This document shows positions 27,490-40,091 of a stretch of 64,000 nt of DNA, piece after piece (position 1 is the first letter of the stretch; each line of letters begins with the position of its first letter). Origin of the DNA: Eledone cirrhosa (Eukaryota). A program made the translations under genes and the position numbers. Under the pieces are notes generated by a model. The model had not been told where the DNA came from. It worked only from the letters and a program-made list of their open reading frames with translations, and did no database searches. Location of the stretch: assembly GCA_964016885.1 (NCBI GenBank), contig OZ024741.1:44950001-45014000 (forward strand), given 5' to 3'.

Positions 27490-28503
27490 AATAATTTCAT
27501 TCAATAAAACCACCATAAGCATCAATAACTGCCTCTACGTGTGGTTGAAATCGTTTGCAAGATCGGATTAAGTGGTTGATGTTCATATCGGACAAACTCA
27601 AACTATTGCGGCTTTCACAATATCTTTTTTCTCAACGATGCTCCATACATAATAGTCCAGTGGATTGAGATCTGGGGAATGAGGCCAAATGTTGGGGTGA
27701 TGTGATCATGCAAATTGTCGGCCATCCATTCTTGTGTCATTTGAACCCTGTGTGATGATGCAGTATCTTGTTGAAAGACATAAGGATTTCCATTGCATAC
27801 ACTGTTGATGCAAGGCTTAACAACTTCATCCAGAACATCAATATACGCAGCATCATTCACCCTAAGGCCTTATGAGAAAAAGTGAGGAGTATCACATGTC
27901 GTTCATTCTTAACAACACCCAAAATCATGACACTTGCAGGAAATTGTGTGTGCATTACTCTTGGAACCTCAGAAAGGTTTGCACATAGTAACCTGTCATT
28001 TCTTCTGTTAGCTTTCTGGTCTTGATCAAAGTTTTTCTCATTTAAGAAAAACCAAATCACATCATCTTCTGATGGATTTTTAAGTTTGTTCAAAAGTCTT
28101 TTGGATCTGATTAAACGGTTTTCTTTTGTTTATTTCTGAAATGAATTGACCTCTCCTCACCACGTAAGATTTGTATCTGATGTCTTCATGCACAACATTT
28201 CTGATTGTTTTTTCTGACACACTAACATTTTTTGTAATTGATCTCATTGATTTTCCTGGATCGTCATGAATGTTTTGGTTAACTTCCTGAATAAATTCAG
28301 GTGTCCTGATAGAATCAGAGCATTTGGAATGTTTTTTCAGGTCTTGATGCAGGTAATACGCTTCCATCTTCTTTCTCTAACTCACACCGAATCTTGTGGA
28401 CAAAAGATCTTGCAACTTTCAGAAAACAAGAAATTTCTAAATCCCCATGCTTAGCCTTCAAAGCCACAACCACAACATGCATTTTCATTTCATTAGTAAG
28501 CAT
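27490..28503 (-). pseudogene. Frameshifted transposase
   Basis: WFFLNEKNFDQDQKANRRNDR, PASVMILGVV, YVFQQDTASSH and WPHSPDLNPLDYYVW across several frames. Confidence 0.85.
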
Positions 28504-28530
28504 AGTTATTTTCCTTATTATTTTCTGAAA

Positions 28531-28717
28531 GGCGGTGGATTGGCAGTATCGGTAGAGGGTCGGACGCCATGCTTCCCAGCATAGTTACGTCCCTTTACGA
28601 TCTGAGTTCAAATCCCGCCGAGGTTGACTTTGCCTTTTATCCTTACGGGGTCGATAAAATAAAGTACCAGTAATGCACTGGTTAATTGCTGGCCTTGTGC
28701 CTAAAGTAGAAACAATT
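28531..28717 (+). mobile_element. Full-length SINE inserted in the transposon, with 14-bp TSD
   Basis: ATTATTTTCTGAAA at 28517-28530 and 28718-28731. Confidence 0.9.
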
Positions 28718-28817
28718 ATTATTTTCTGAAATAGAAGTTCAATAAAAATTAGTCAAATAAAATAATGACATAAAATGCATGTACCCTCAAATAGCGTCCG
28801 CACACTGTATATATATA

Positions 28818-29964
28818 TATATAAAACTGTAGTTGTCTGTGTGTGTCCTCATTTTTGCAAAGTCTATACAAATCCATATTTCTACTCCGATTGACTTCAA
28901 ACCTGCATTTATATATTCCTTGTGGTCTAAAGATATTAACTGCAGTTTTTATTTTTCAATTTTCTGTTGTTAAAGGGATGTCAGGCGCTGGTTATCGATC
29001 TCCGTCGCGCCCTTATAATATGTGTCTGTATGTCTTTTGACTGCATTACGACATTATGACAAACATTGATGACGTATTATGTTCGCTATTTTCCGTTCAT
29101 TGCCAGGAAACGTCTTCACGAACGAAAGTATTGTCTTACTGTTTTCCTTCGGTTGCAACGTTTTTCGAAATATTTACTTCTGCGTTCACAGATTGATTCT
29201 TTTAGTTTAAGAAGATCCCGTTAAGGGTGAAAGCAGCGATACTTTAATATGTTATTTTAATATATAATATAAGCTAGGCAAGCCAGCGCTGTTGCCACTT
29301 CTTGCCAATAAACATTAACCCTTTGTGCGCCATTCATCTAATTGTATACCAACAAATACCAACTAAACGGAGCATTGACAAGAACGATGGCAAATGAATC
29401 TTCGAGGTAAGCAGTTTCCGCCGGAGCTGTTAGTTCACGCAGGATTCTCTGCAATACCTTTTCGTAATAATATCGAACAACTTACTGCTGGTCACTCCTT
29501 CCTCCAAAAGCCGTACAAAGCGGACATGTGCATCGGGCAGGTGGATCGGGTGCAAATCTACACCAGGCCTACCCGAGAAATTCGCAAGGGACTGCACCGA
29601 CAGGGATAGAGAGAAAGAGTAACTTAGTGGAAAGTGTGCGAATGATCTTTTGAGGTAAGTAGCCTACGGCTTACTGCTATTGCACTGTAACCTTCTGCCA
29701 ACTTAACCTGTGACATTCTCTTTCACATTTACACCAGTAGCCCCCCCCCAAAAAAAAACAAAATGGGGTTCAACAATATTTCTATGAACAATGCACGTAG
29801 ACAGCTAAACTCTACTTTCAAGTACCTAATTTTCTCCAAATAAAACAAATTCCCTGTCGGTATGTTTTCGTGAGTTTTTAACAGGCACTCACAAATAAAC
29901 GTTTCTCATTGGAGGTGCTATTACCAATGTTCTTACCTGTGAAACGCCGGGATACATTGCTAGT
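28818..29964 (+). mobile_element. Possible non-autonomous Helitron-like element containing a family A pLTR fragment (~29065-29265)
   Basis: Start tatataaaactgtagttgtctgtgtgtgtc and end aacgccgggatacattgCTAGT resemble Helitron-type termini; recognised by resemblance only. Confidence 0.4.
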
Positions 29965-29979
29965 ATATATATATATGTG

Positions 29980-30272
29980 AATATGAAAACAATAAATGTA
30001 ATCTGAGTTTTTTTAATATTAATAATAATATTCGATTCTTTTGCAATTATGCAAACAAGCCTCATCTTTAAAACCATGTCAGTAGAATGAGCCCCTCATT
30101 CTTGATCTTGTGTTGGCATGTAAACAGAACAGCAGACACTAATGTTTCTGGGTATCACCCTTCATCAGTACAATTCACTGTTCACCTGCCAACTGTCAGA
30201 ACTTGTGAAAATATATGATATTTTGTAAAATATACAGTGACTGATTGGCCTCATTTCCATATTAGCAGAATG
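29980..30272 (-). repeat. Family F3 fragment with HHR at 30127-30176
   Basis: tgta-CTGATGA-agggtgataccca-GAAAC attagt GTC-tgc on minus. Confidence 0.8.
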
Positions 30273-30472
30273 GCTTTCTCAACAGCAACTGAGAATATCT
30301 ATGATATATTCACGATGCAAAAGAGAGATAAATCATTTTTCATAACGAAATATGTTTACTTTGATAACGACGCTGTCATATGAACATACGTTTTCATATA
30401 GACCCCGATTATGCTTAATGCTATCTCCGTGCTACCGCTAATTAGACACACACATATATATATATATATATC

Positions 30473-31049
30473 TTTAAGTCGTTTGGAAGCCTCCACAATG
30501 CAAATGGGTAAATCTCCGGGTAACAAGATCCGGTGGTGGAGGGAGAGATGTAAGTGGGTGTACGTTGAGATGCGTGGCGTGTATAAGACGTGTAGAGGAA
30601 TGAAGGAAAGAGCGTAAAGGATAAAAATAAAAATAACTGCACGAGAGAGAGTTACCTTGGGAGAGATTTAATTGTCCCTATATATTTCGGATTCACATCC
30701 ATCAACTGGCTTTTTTTTCCGGGGTGGGGGAAAAGGTGTCTGTCGGAAAGGTGCGAAACGTGTCCTCCGCTGTTCGTTGTTTTGAATATCTGAGGTATTC
30801 AGCAGAGCGCGCGTGCGCGTGAAATGGGATCGGTCAGGCAGAGGTCTACAGCCGAAGTAGTTCTTTCAATTGTGGGAGTGGGGTGGTGCTAGCTGTCAGT
30901 CCAGTCTCTGCCTGTTTGTTGAATGTTAATGTGTGCGTGTGTGTGTGCGTGTGTTGTTGTCTCACTTGAGAGTGTGTGTGTGTGTGTGTGCGTGTGTTGT
31001 TGCCTTGTTCCTCTGTATTGGCAGTGTAGTATGTTCGTATGGTGGAATG

Positions 31050-31112
<63 letters not shown>

Positions 31113-32425
31113 GTTGCTGTCTCGCTTGTTAACTTAAACCAACCACCTCATTTCGCTTCTCTCGGATCGGTTGTTTAACTGTGACCCTAGGCGTTTGATC
31201 CAAAGTGCTTCCTTGATACGTAACGTGCCGACGTTTCTTTATGTCGCTAGAATTGTGACAATGGGCCTTCCGTCTGTGTTTCCGCATTTGGCTATGTGTT
31301 TCCGGAAAGGCGAGGCCCTGATTTTATTGTGTTCCTTGATCCGGATGTGCAACGGCCGGATTGTGCTACCTATATAGTATTGGTTGCACTTGTTACATTC
31401 TATCTGATACACGACGTATGTGCGTAGGCAACAGTTCGCATGGCGCATCGGGAAGTCTCTGAGGGAGTACGCGTCAGTTGATTTCCCGGGTGTCCTGCAG
31501 AGGCATCTTCGCAGGGAGGGGCCCGAGTGGGCCAGGTGGATGTCGAGGTCCTCCTTCCGAATAGCCTTGCGCATAGCGTTGGTGGTATTCTCGCCCAGGT
31601 GTGGCATTTTAAGGAAGCACTTGCCTTGGGTGCCTCTCTGTCTCTTGTGTCTGGTGTCTCCTACTCTGTCTGTGAGCGTGGTAGGGTACCCGTTCGTCTC
31701 CAGCCCCTCGAGGAATCGCTTGGTATGAGTGACACCACTAGCAGGATCGCTGCATCTGTTTTTGATTCGCACGATTTCGTTCGTGATGTATCCTCTTTTG
31801 GCACTGTTAGGGAAGGCGGACTTGTAGTGGATGAACAGGTCCCTGCAGGCTGCCTTTCGGTAGAAGTTGCAGTGGATCCCTCCCTGTTCCGTGATGTTGA
31901 TTCGCAAGTCGAGGATGGCAAGTGACCCGTCTTCGTTGGGGTGTTCAACACTGAAGTCAATGTTCTCGTCCGTGTTGTTGAACGTCTCATAGATTCTGTT
32001 CGCCGTGTCTTGGGAAGATGTGAGGATGAGAAAAAGGCGACGGCGTTGGAGTGGCAAGCGTTAAGTGCCTTGCGCTCGAGGTTGTCCATGTAAGTGATCG
32101 CTAGCACACCCGAAAAGCTTGATCCCATGGGCAGTCCCGAGGTTTGTTGGTATGTTTGTTCAAGGAATCCGAAGTAGGTGTTGTCGACGACGATGGATAG
32201 GAGTTGGTGGATGTCAGTGGTGGTGAGCCCGAAGCAGTGTAGGTCGGTGGATTGGACGCGTTCCATCAGTATATTGACGGCCGGGAGTGCCGGAACCGAT
32301 GTGTAGAGAGCGACTACATCAAGGCTGAAGGCATATCTGTTATTCTTTCTGGTGTCGGGATCCATTTGATGCAGGCGCTTCAATTTCTCCTCAGAGCTGT
32401 TAACGTGCCACGGCAAGGTGTCTAA
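30473..32425 (-). mobile_element. 5'-truncated Penelope-like element (family C, Cys-rich linker; Nematis/Neptune-like), left arm
   Basis: AFSLDVVALYTSV, YQQTSGLPMGS, LAILDLRI, YRK and VVYQIECNKCNQYYIGSTIRPLHIRIKEH; YxDD motif absent at a frameshift near 32035. Confidence 0.9.
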
Positions 32426-32439
32426 GATTGTTTGAGTAT

Positions 32440-33306
32440 TCCACTACAAGTCCGCCCTCCCTAACAGTGCCAAAAGAGGATACATCACGAACGAAATCGC
32501 GCGAATCAAAAACAGATGCAGCGATCCGGCCAGTGGTGTCACTCATACCAAGCGATTCCTCGAGGTGCTGGAGACGACGGTACCCTACCTCGCTCACAGA
32601 CAGAGTAGGAGACACCAGACACAAGAGACAGAGAAGCACCCAAGGCAAGTGCTTCCTTAAAATGCCACACCTGGGCGAGAATACCACCAACGCTATCCGC
32701 AAGGCTATACGGAGGGAGAGCCTCGACATCCACCTGGCCCACTCGGGCCCCTCCCTGCGAAGATGCCTCTCTCGGAAACCCGGGAAATCAACTGACGCGT
32801 GCTCCCTCAGTGACTGCCCGATGCGCCATGCGAACTGTTGCCTAAGCACATACGTCGTGTATCAGATAGAATGTAACAAGTGCAACCAATACTATATAGG
32901 TAGCACAATCCGGCCGCTACACATCCGGATCAAGGAACACACTAAAACCAGGGCCTCGTCTTTGCGGAAACACATAGCTAAATGCGGAAACATAGACGGA
33001 AGGCCCATTGTCACAATTCTAGCGAAAGAAAGAAACGTCGGCACGTTACGTATCAAGGAAGCACTTTGGATCAAACGCCTAGGGCCACAATTAAACAACC
33101 GATCTGAGAGAAGCGAAATGAGGTGGTTGGTTTAAGTTAACAAACGATGCAGCAACACACGCACAGACACACACAAGCGAGACAGCAACACACGCACACA
33201 CACACACAGTGGCATTCCACCATACGAGCATAATACAGTGCCAATACAGAGGAACAAGGCAACAACACACATACACACACACACTCAAGCCAGACAACAA
33301 CACACG

Positions 33307-33354
<48 letters not shown>

Positions 33355-33800
33355 CATTCAACAAACAGGCAGAGAATGGACTGACAGCTAGCGCCACCCC
33401 ACTCCCACAATTGAAAGAACTACTTCGGCCGCTGACCGACCCCATTTCACGCGCACGCGCGCTCTGCTGAATACCTCAGATATTCAAAACAACGAACAGC
33501 GGAGGACACGTTTCGCACCTTTCCGACATACAACCTTTTCCCCGCCCCGGAAAAAAACCCCAGTTGATGGATGTGAATCCGAAATATATAGGGACAATTA
33601 AATCTCTCCCAAGGTAACTCTCTCTCGTGTTGTTATTTTTATTTTTTTCCTTTACGCTCTTTCCTTCATTCCTCTACTCGTCTTATACACGCCACACATC
33701 TCAACGTACACCCAGTTACATCTCTTTCTCCACCACCGGATCTTGTTACCCGGAGATTTACCCATTTGCATTGTGGAGGCTTCCAAACGACTTAAAGAAA
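32440..33800 (+). mobile_element. Family C Penelope-like element, inverted right arm with GIY-YIG domain
   Basis: Inverted near-copy of 30473-31830; ORF 32428-33135 ends VVYQIECNKCNQYYIGST...LRIKEALWIKRLGPQLNNRSE; followed by (TA)n. Confidence 0.9.
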
Positions 33801-33804
33801 TTTA

Positions 33805-33877
<73 letters not shown>

Positions 33878-34098
33878 TATATATGTAGGAGGTGAGTTTT
33901 ATTGTAGTACAATAAAGAAATGCAGATATCGGATAAGAATGTTGATTTAAATCTGCACTATCCACAAGTGTTTTTAACCTTCATATCATGCCCTCCTATT
34001 TTATCTGATGAAAACACAAATGTTATTGCATGATGATATTTGTTTTTTGAAATGCGCATAATAAAATACATGGAACTCATTTAACCATCTTTTGATCT

Positions 34099-34141
<43 letters not shown>

Positions 34142-34259
34142 GGTGCATATAGGCAAAGGTTTAAGTTCGGAATAGCACGGGAGATATATTTAAGGGTCTT
34201 TTTCTCTTTTTTGATTCGTCAAAGTGACATTATTGAAAAGTTAATGTTATTAAAAACAT

Positions 34260-34443
34260 AATTGTTTCTACTTTTGGCACAAGGCCAGCAATTACCCAGT
34301 GTATTACTGGTACTTTATTTTATCGACCCTGTAAGGATGAAAGGCAAAGTTAACCTCGGCGGGATTTGAACTCAGACCTTAAAGGGCCCTAACTCTTTGC
34401 TGCAAAGCATGGCGCCCGACCCTCTACCGATACTGCCAATCCA
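34260..34443 (-). mobile_element. tRNA-derived SINE with TSD
   Basis: TAATGTTATTAAAAA on both sides. Confidence 0.85.
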
Positions 34444-35948
34444 TAATAATGTTATTAAAAAATTACAGGGACAAATCTTTTTTTTTTAAATGTTTATGAT
34501 GTATATAAAGTATATGAAGAAATTACCGATTTCGATGTTATTAAAATCCATCTTGTCAAATGTTGAGTGTAAACAATTAAAAAGAGTTGATAGCAGTTAA
34601 AAACGAAAGGTTTAAAATTAAAATCAAAATCAAATGTTTGAATAAATGTTCTTCCAACCTGCTTGCTGACAGGTTGGGTGGAATAAGAACTTTACTTATT
34701 TTTCTGCAAGGGAGGAAATTGTTTTGAAAAATATCTTGTGATTGTATTGTTAATCAAGTGGTCAAAAGTTCAAAGGGGATAGTAATTTAGAGCTGAATTC
34801 TGTAGGAGTAGTAGTAGGATTGTATGTGTACATATATACACACACACACATATATAGAGAGAGAAAGTGTGAGGGTGTATATACAACAGTACACACATGT
34901 GAGTGTGTGTGTATATGTATGTATGTGTTTTTTTCAGTTTGTCTGTCATAGTCCCTTTAGCAATAAACATGTGTGTTTATATGTGGGGGTGTTGTTTGTC
35001 TTTTTGTGTGTCTTTTTCAGCCTGTTTGTCACAGAAACGTTTGTGGAAAGGAATTAAGAAAAAAAAAATGTCCTCATCAAAATTCAGAGAATTGTCAAAA
35101 ATGAAAAACTAAAATCCAAAGAATTCTCAGAATCCAAAAATTTTAAAATTTAAAATCAAAGAAATTAAATTTTTTTAATTTTTTTAAAGTTTTTTTAGAA
35201 AATATTTTTATCTTTTTAAATTCTTTAGTTTGATATATTTTAATTTTTGGATTCCGAGAATCCTTTGGATTTTAGTTTTTAATTTTTGACAATTTTCTGA
35301 ATTTTCAAGAGAGAACATTTTTTTTCTTAATTCCCCTCCACAAAGGTTTCTGCGACAAACAGGCTGAAAAAGACACCCCCCACAAACACACAACACCCCC
35401 ACATATAAACACACATGTTTATTGCTAAAGGGACTATGACAGACAAACTGAAAAAAACACATACATACATATACTCACACACTCACATGAGTGTACTGTT
35501 GTATATACACCCTCACACTTTCTCTCTCTATATATGTGTGTGTGTGTATATATGTACACATACAATCCTACTACTACTACTACAGAATTCAGCTCTAAAT
35601 TACAATCTCCTATCCCCTTTGAACTTTTGACCACTTGATTAACAATACAATCACAAGATATTTTTCAAAACAATTTCCTCCCTTGCAGAAAAATAAGTAA
35701 AGTTCTTATTCCACCCAACCTGTCAGCAAGCAGGTTGGAAGAAAATTTATTCAAACATTTGATTTTGATTTTAATTTTAAACCTTTCGTTTTTAACTGCT
35801 ATCAACTCGTTTTAATTGTTTACACTCAACATTTGACAAGATGGATTTTAATAACATCGAAATCGGTAATTTCTTCATATACTTTATATACATCCTAAAC
35901 ATTTAAAAAAAAAAGATTTGTCCCTGTAATTTTTTAATAACATTATTA

Positions 35949-36130
35949 TGGATTGGCAGTATCGGTAGAGGGTCGGACGCCATGCTTTGACGCATAGAGT
36001 TAGCCCTTGCCATTCTGAGTTCAAATCCCGCCGAGGTTAACTTTGTCTTTCATCCTTACGGGGTCGATAAAATAAAGTACCAGCAATGCACTGGGTAATT
36101 GCTGGCCTTGTGCCAAAAGTAGAAAAATTA
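35949..36130 (+). mobile_element. tRNA-derived SINE
   Basis: Matches the SINE variant at 7746-7935 (cccttgccattctgag). Confidence 0.85.
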
Positions 36131-36217
36131 TCTTTTCAATAATGTCACTTTTACGAATCAAAAAAGAAAAACAGAACCTTAAACATATCTCCCGTGCTAT
36201 TCCCAACTTCAACCTTT

Positions 36218-36251
<34 letters not shown>

Positions 36252-36257
<6 letters not shown>

Positions 36258-36627
36258 ATTATTATGTAATAAACAACATAAGGCAATTATTCCATTTACC
36301 AGTGGTTTCTTAAAAGCAAAAGGTTTTGCTTTCAATCTTCAGAATGAAAAATCCTGGTTTGTTTATTGAATTTGGATTCTAAAAGCAAAAATGCAATCTA
36401 TATGAAAGTGAAGCTGGAAAAGGGAGAAGGAAAGGAAAAATAAAATAAAACTACACATGCAAACACACACACAAAAAAACACAAAAGCATACTTACACAC
36501 ACATACATATATACATATATATAAATGTACGCATACATATATACATATACACATATATATATATATAAAACGTACACCTACACACACATACACATATATA
36601 CACACATATACACATACATACATTCAT

Positions 36628-36699
<72 letters not shown>

Positions 36700-36716
36700 A
36701 CACACATATATATATA

Positions 36717-36757
<41 letters not shown>

Positions 36758-37211
36758 CAGGAAAGAAGGTTTACATGGTTTGCTATACAAAAAAGTTTTT
36801 AATCACATAATAATAAGTTAGAAAGATCTATCTTCTGCAAACATAGAATAGCCACTAAATTCATAAGATTCAAACTTCCGTGAATCGAACCAACATAACA
36901 TAGCTTTAAATTAGGATACCTACTACCCACAGAAATATATTCATTAAGTATACTATTTCCTTCAAAAGTCTATACCACACAATTGTCTGTAAATACCTCA
37001 TCTACCAACAATCTTACTCCTTCTCAGCTGCTGCAATCATTTGATCCTAGATCCTAGTTTTTCTCATTTCACTACTACAATGTTACTTTACCCTCTTTTT
37101 GCCATAATTACAATTAGCACGCTTTTCTCTTTGCATGTATGTATATTTCCGTACGAGTGTATATTGATGTGTATGTATGTGTCTATGTACACATATATGT
37201 GTATATATATT

Positions 37212-37298
<87 letters not shown>

Positions 37299-37988
37299 AG
37301 ATATATGCGTATATTAATTCGTTAACCTCTGTATTAACTCTACAACTATTGAGCTTTGACAGTGGTCCCACTCATGTATACTGTTGAAGATGAAGAGAAA
37401 GACTGTAAAAACTAGCTTATCTTTATAATTTAAAATTGATACACACTACGATACTTTTTGCCTTATGACAGCTGGTTTTCACGCCGTAACATTAGATACA
37501 TTATATACCCCCCACCTAAGTAATGTCAGGGTCTCCTTAAATAGTTTATTGATAGCATTGTTGTAATAATTGTTGGGGTTATTGTTCTAATTGAATGCCA
37601 TAACTACTCCATATTTTCTTTTCTTTTCTTGCCTGTGTATTTTCTTCATTCTCGCATGCTCCGAAGATCTGACTGGTTATAATTCTGTATTGGCGATCGA
37701 ATAACGCAAAATTAGGCGGATAGCGATCTCTAGACACACCAGTTCAGTGAAACAAATGTAAGCTATGTGATTAAAAACTTTTTTGTATAGCAAACCATGT
37801 AAACCTTCTTTCCTGATTTATTATTACTCCAAGTGTTTACAACATAGGAATTACAGCATACCCGCAGCATCACTATGAAAACGCCTTGTTGAGTCAAACC
37901 AAGCCAAGCGTTAATATCATCCACTACCTGGAATACCATAACTGGACTTCACCTAAGTGGACTGCATTTAACTATTATTTGTTAATCC

Positions 37989-38045
<57 letters not shown>

Positions 38046-38314
38046 TACACACACACACACACACATGTAGCTGGGGCATGTATCGCTGTCAAAAATTTTT
38101 TAATATATATTTATATATTTTTTTCTTATATTTATTTGCGTGTGTGAATATGTAGAGGAGTGCATTCATGTATGTGTATGTATGTACGTTGTATGTTTGT
38201 GTGAATATATGTATGTGTGTATATATATGTGTGTGTGTATGGCTATGTTTGTGTATGTGTATGCTTGTACACACACACATGTGTGTGTGTGTGTTTGTGT
38301 ATGTGTGTGTGCAT

Positions 38315-38345
<31 letters not shown>

Positions 38346-38760
38346 AATGTATGTATGTGTATATGTGTGTATATATATGTGTCTGTGTGTAGGTGTACGT
38401 TTTATATATATATATATGTGTATATGTATATATGTATGCGTACATTTATATATATGTATATATGTATGTGTGTGTAAGTATGCTTTTGTGTTTTTGTGTG
38501 TGTGTGTTTGCATGTGTAGTTTTATTTTATTTTTCCTTTCCTTCTCCCTTTTCCAGCCTCACTTTCATATAGATTGCATTTTTGCTTTTAGAATCCAAAT
38601 TCAATAAACAAACCAGGATTTTTCATTCTGAGGATTGAAAGCAAAACCTTTTGCTTTTAAGAAACCACTGGTAAATGGAATAATTGCCTTATGTTGTTTA
38701 TTACATAATAATAATAATTAAGCTCTGTTGCCTACATAGAGCACTCTTTTTTCCTGGACT
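36252..38760. mobile_element. Fold-back PLE-type repeat with HHRs at 36293-36346 (-) and 38624-38677 (+)
   Basis: 36252-36650 is an inverted near-copy of 38320-38720; catt-CTGA(A/G)GA-ttgaaagcaaaa cc ttttgcttttaa-GAAACca c tgGTA-aatg. Confidence 0.82.
36754..37990 (+). mobile_element. Nested Naiad-type 3' end with HHR (37658-37763) and an inverted 5' copy of its tail
   Basis: 36811-36883 translates NKLERSIFCKHRIATKFIRFKLP*, like the family B C-terminus; gct-CCGAAGA-tctgactggt...accagttcagt-GAAAC aaat GTA-agc; 36754-36810 is the reverse complement of 37764-37820. Confidence 0.8.
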
Positions 38761-38819
38761 TTTCCGATGGAATTACTTCACATATATATATATAGATAGA
38801 TAGATAGATATATAAAAGA

Positions 38820-39005
38820 TAATTGTTTCTATTTTAGGCACAAGGCCAGCAAATATCCAGTACATTACTGGTACTTTATTTTATCGACCGCGTAAGGATG
38901 AAAGGCAAAGTAAACCTCGGCGGGATTTGAACTCAGACCGTAAAGGGACGTAACTATGCTGGAAAGCATGGCATCCGACCCTCTACCGATGCTGCTAATC
39001 CACCA
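38820..39005 (-). mobile_element. tRNA-derived SINE
   Basis: Reverse complement of the SINE consensus. Confidence 0.85.
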
Positions 39006-39067
39006 AAAGAAAATGATCCCATAACTCCTTGTGGAATCGTAGAGGCACCGTCATACCGCGTGTCTAG

Positions 39068-39190
39068 GGTACTTTTGTATCGACCTCGAAAGGATGAAAG
39101 GCAAAGTTGTGCACGGCGAAATTTGAACTCAGAACGCGCAGGAGATAGGAGGAATACTGTAAAGCATTGTATTCGACGTCTTTCGCCACC
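39068..39190 (-). mobile_element. Older, divergent SINE copy
   Basis: cgacctcgaaaggatgaaaggcaaag...aatttgaactcagaac. Confidence 0.7.
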
Positions 39191-40055
39191 TATAATGTAT
39201 ATGTATATTCCACGGTTATAAATGTTCATTAATACAATAACAACAAGTAGATTTCGCAATTATTACGGAGGATAGATTTTGATTTTTCCCTTTGATTGTG
39301 GACATAATTGAATTTGTAAATGCAAAGGTATGCAGTGGATATAAATGAATCGGAAAATCTGGGAATTCATTTCATTGACATCGAAGACCTCAAAGACAAA
39401 TGTAGCGTATGTTCATGTCGTAAAGGACTAAATAACCGAGTGGCTAATGTATTCATCATATATGCATGGGTCAAGCCATCTAACAACGCCGTGTCGTCTC
39501 CGTTTCTGTTAGTTCTCTCTGCATACACAATACACACATACATATATATGTGATTATATTTTTTTGTACGTACGGTTTTATGTATACACATGTAGGTTTT
39601 GTATACATGAATATATATATCTCTATTTCAGAGCCCCAATACTAATACCTAATTTTTGCTGAACCGGCAATCGCTCTGTTTAATCAGCTCCTGATTATTA
39701 CTGGAATTCTATAAGAATCTAGCTTCTATAATCCTCGGCAGAAGCAAGAGAGTGTGTGGTCTTCATAAACGCTAACAAGCGAGAAACAAGAAACAGACTG
39801 TCTGTCAATCACTCTCTGTTGTTATTTGCTGAGAATAAGTAAGTGACATAGTCACTATTTTAAAATTCATAGTGAATGGTCTTCAAAATGTTTTTAATTA
39901 AACATACAGTATATTGCAAAATATACTATACATACATTCGTGTATACATCGCTATTTCAGAGGACCGATACTAATATATATATTCTCAAGAGCGTGAACC
40001 TAATAAACCTTTATTTGTCTGCCTCGCTGTTTTGTTCCCGTCTAACTTTGCACTA

Positions 40056-40086
<31 letters not shown>

Positions 40087-40091
<5 letters not shown>

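Larger units (their letters stand above)
27374..28808 (-). mobile_element. Decayed Tc1/mariner DNA transposon (maT/DD37D-like) with TIRs and TA flanks
   Basis: TIRs ta-CAGGGTGCGGGCGATATTTGAG and CTCAAATAGCGTCCGCACACTG-ta; transposase remnant inside. Confidence 0.88.
34135..36222. repeat. Large fold-back pair (~1-kb arms), each arm with a SINE and a U3-A8 HHR-like motif (34520-34563 -, 35829-35872 +)
   Basis: 34140-35165 is an inverted near-copy of 35220-36220; at-TTGACAA-gatg...catc-GAAAT cg GTA-at; (TA)n outside both arms. Confidence 0.85.

Noticed and set aside
32428-33135. Intact functional endonuclease gene
   Set aside because: The ORF begins at the inversion junction, and its N-terminal part is out of the RT frame; it is a truncated PLE arm.
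39320-39553. 77-aa ORF with CSVCSC
   Set aside because: Short, runs into a microsatellite, and matches no family I recognise.
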